Shown here piece after piece: positions 4,978 through 5,605 of a stretch of DNA of 5,605 bases. The stretch comes from an uncultured Erysipelotrichaceae bacterium. GTDB lineage: Bacteria; Bacillota_I; Bacilli_A; Erysipelotrichales; Erysipelotrichaceae. The notes below the pieces were generated by a model. That model was not told the origin of the DNA. It was given only the letters and a program-made list of their open reading frames with translations, and ran no database searches. The position numbers and the translations under genes are program-made. Positions within the stretch are counted from its first letter, which is position 1; each line of letters starts with the position of its first letter. The stretch lies in NCBI GenBank assembly GCA_964457525.1, contig CAYWGS010000088.1, positions 638-6,242 on the forward strand. Reading direction: 5' to 3'.

Positions 4978-5605
4978 CTAGCCTTTTACAGCCCCTATAG
5001 TTGCACCTGCGACAACTCGTTTTTGGAAAATGGCATAAATCACTAATGTTGGAACAAGTGATATTACAATTGCCGCAAAGAGTGTGACGTAATTTGACGT
5101 ATACCTTAAAACTGTATTCGCATAATAAACACTTACAGCAACTGTGTGTTTACTTGGATCTGTAAGATAAATAAACGGATTGATAAAATCATTATATAAA
5201 TTTAAGAATCTAAAGATTGAAATTGTAATTATACCTGGCATAGATAAAGGAAAAATGATTTTCCAGAATATAACCCACATAGTCGCCCCATCAATTCGAG
5301 CACTTTCTTCTAATTCCTTTGGTATGCTACGCATAAAACTACTCATTAATAAAATATCAAAGGCACTTAATGCAACATTTATAAGTAATATCAACCCAGT
5401 TAGAGAGTTATTTAGTTTAAAAAATACAGCTAATACATATTGTGGAACTAGTATGTTTATACCTGGCAAGAATAGTGACAACATTATTAATCCTAAAATA
5501 AACTTCTTCCCTTTCCATTCTAGTCGAGTCAAAATATATGCAGCTAATGTATTAACAGCAACTCCTACAATTAAACCACCAAATACAAAATAGAGTGTAT
5601 TTAGA
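4978..5605 (-). CDS. Carbohydrate ABC transporter permease (CUT1 family, MalG/LplC-type); C-terminal ~209 codons, N-terminus beyond window end
   Basis: The EAA loop of binding-protein-dependent permeases is present: EESARIDGATMWVIFWKIIFPLSMPG. Flanking segments are hydrophobic and TM-like, and the protein ends in GAVKG as many Firmicute sugar permeases do. The track starts the ORF at a TTG (5532..5530), but I translated the same frame upstream (5533..5604) and it stays open: ..LNTLYFVFGGLIVGVAVNTLAAYI-LTRLEWKGKK. This is the usual TM helix and 'AAY..R..fkGk' cytoplasmic turn of MalG-like proteins, so the real gene continues past 5605. Confidence 0.9.
   Translation of the reverse strand, partial: LNTLYFVFGGLIVGVAVNTLAAYILTRLEWKGKKFILGLIMLSLFLPGINILVPQYVLAVFFKLNNSLTGLILLINVALSAFDILLMSSFMRSIPKELEESARIDGATMWVIFWKIIFPLSMPGIITISIFRFLNLYNDFINPFIYLTDPSKHTVAVSVYYANTVLRYTSNYVTLFAAIVISLVPTLVIYAIFQKRVVAGATIGAVKG

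Noticed and set aside
4966-5060. Possible internal sigma-A promoter in the 3' end of the permease gene, ahead of paralog 1 (TTGTCG ... TATAGG on the minus strand)
   Set aside because: The spacing between the -35-like and -10-like hexamers is only ~10 nt and both are poor matches, so this is most likely chance in AT-rich sequence.
5530-5532. TTG proposed as the permease start codon
   Set aside because: The reading frame is open upstream to the window edge and encodes a sensible TM helix. No ribosome-binding site precedes the TTG. The start is an artefact of the window boundary.
5180-5593. 137-aa plus-strand ORF from the six-frame track
   Set aside because: It lies entirely antisense to the permease gene, which has a clear EAA-loop signature. 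Its translation (MIKSLYKFKNLKIEIV...) is low-complexity, typical of a shadow frame in AT-rich DNA. It has no recognisable SD or family motif.
1-5605. Interpretation as a secondary-metabolite (aminoglycoside or kanosamine-type) biosynthetic cluster
   Set aside because: The window contains no aminotransferase, glycosyltransferase, phosphatase or nucleotidyltransferase. The genes are transcriptionally fused to an importer-type CUT1 permease, which favours uptake and catabolism or modification. Biosynthesis cannot be fully excluded without the flanks.
1-5605. Search for CRISPR repeats, tRNA/rRNA, IS ends or inverted terminal repeats, rho-independent terminators and riboswitch-sized leaders
   Set aside because: Coding density is essentially complete on the minus strand and the largest non-coding gap is 24 nt. 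I found no spaced direct repeats, no cloverleaf-like segments and no GC stem followed by a T-run.

Overview
AT-rich window (20/60 G+C in the first 60 nt by hand count; the rest looks similar) with Firmicutes-style Shine-Dalgarno sites. It is filled by one tightly packed minus-strand operon with no intergenic gap over 24 nt. I saw no terminator, tRNA/rRNA, CRISPR array, IS element or long nucleotide repeat. Transcription order (right to left): a CUT1/MalG-type carbohydrate ABC permease, whose N-terminus lies beyond 5605 (the TTG start in the ORF track is an artefact). Next come three divergent cytoplasmic Gfo/Idh/MocA NAD-type oxidoreductase paralogs (414, 407 and 392 aa), then a 310-aa protein with an N-terminal GNAT acetyltransferase domain and an unassigned C-terminal half. 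Last is a 122-codon N-terminal fragment of a probable alpha/beta-hydrolase/esterase, absent from the ORF track, running off position 1. Main point of interest: all three dehydrogenases carry, at the same place in the C-terminal domain, an insert with a conserved four-cysteine pattern. They also share an H-[G/E]-G-G-D motif and a K-x-x-H-x-x-D active-site helix. They are translationally coupled to the acetyltransferase and esterase, and the window contains no classical glycoside hydrolase, kinase or isomerase. I read this as an uncharacterised oxidative uptake and processing locus for an unusual, possibly amino- or acetyl-decorated, glycoside or cyclitol. Substrate and chemistry cannot be determined from sequence alone.
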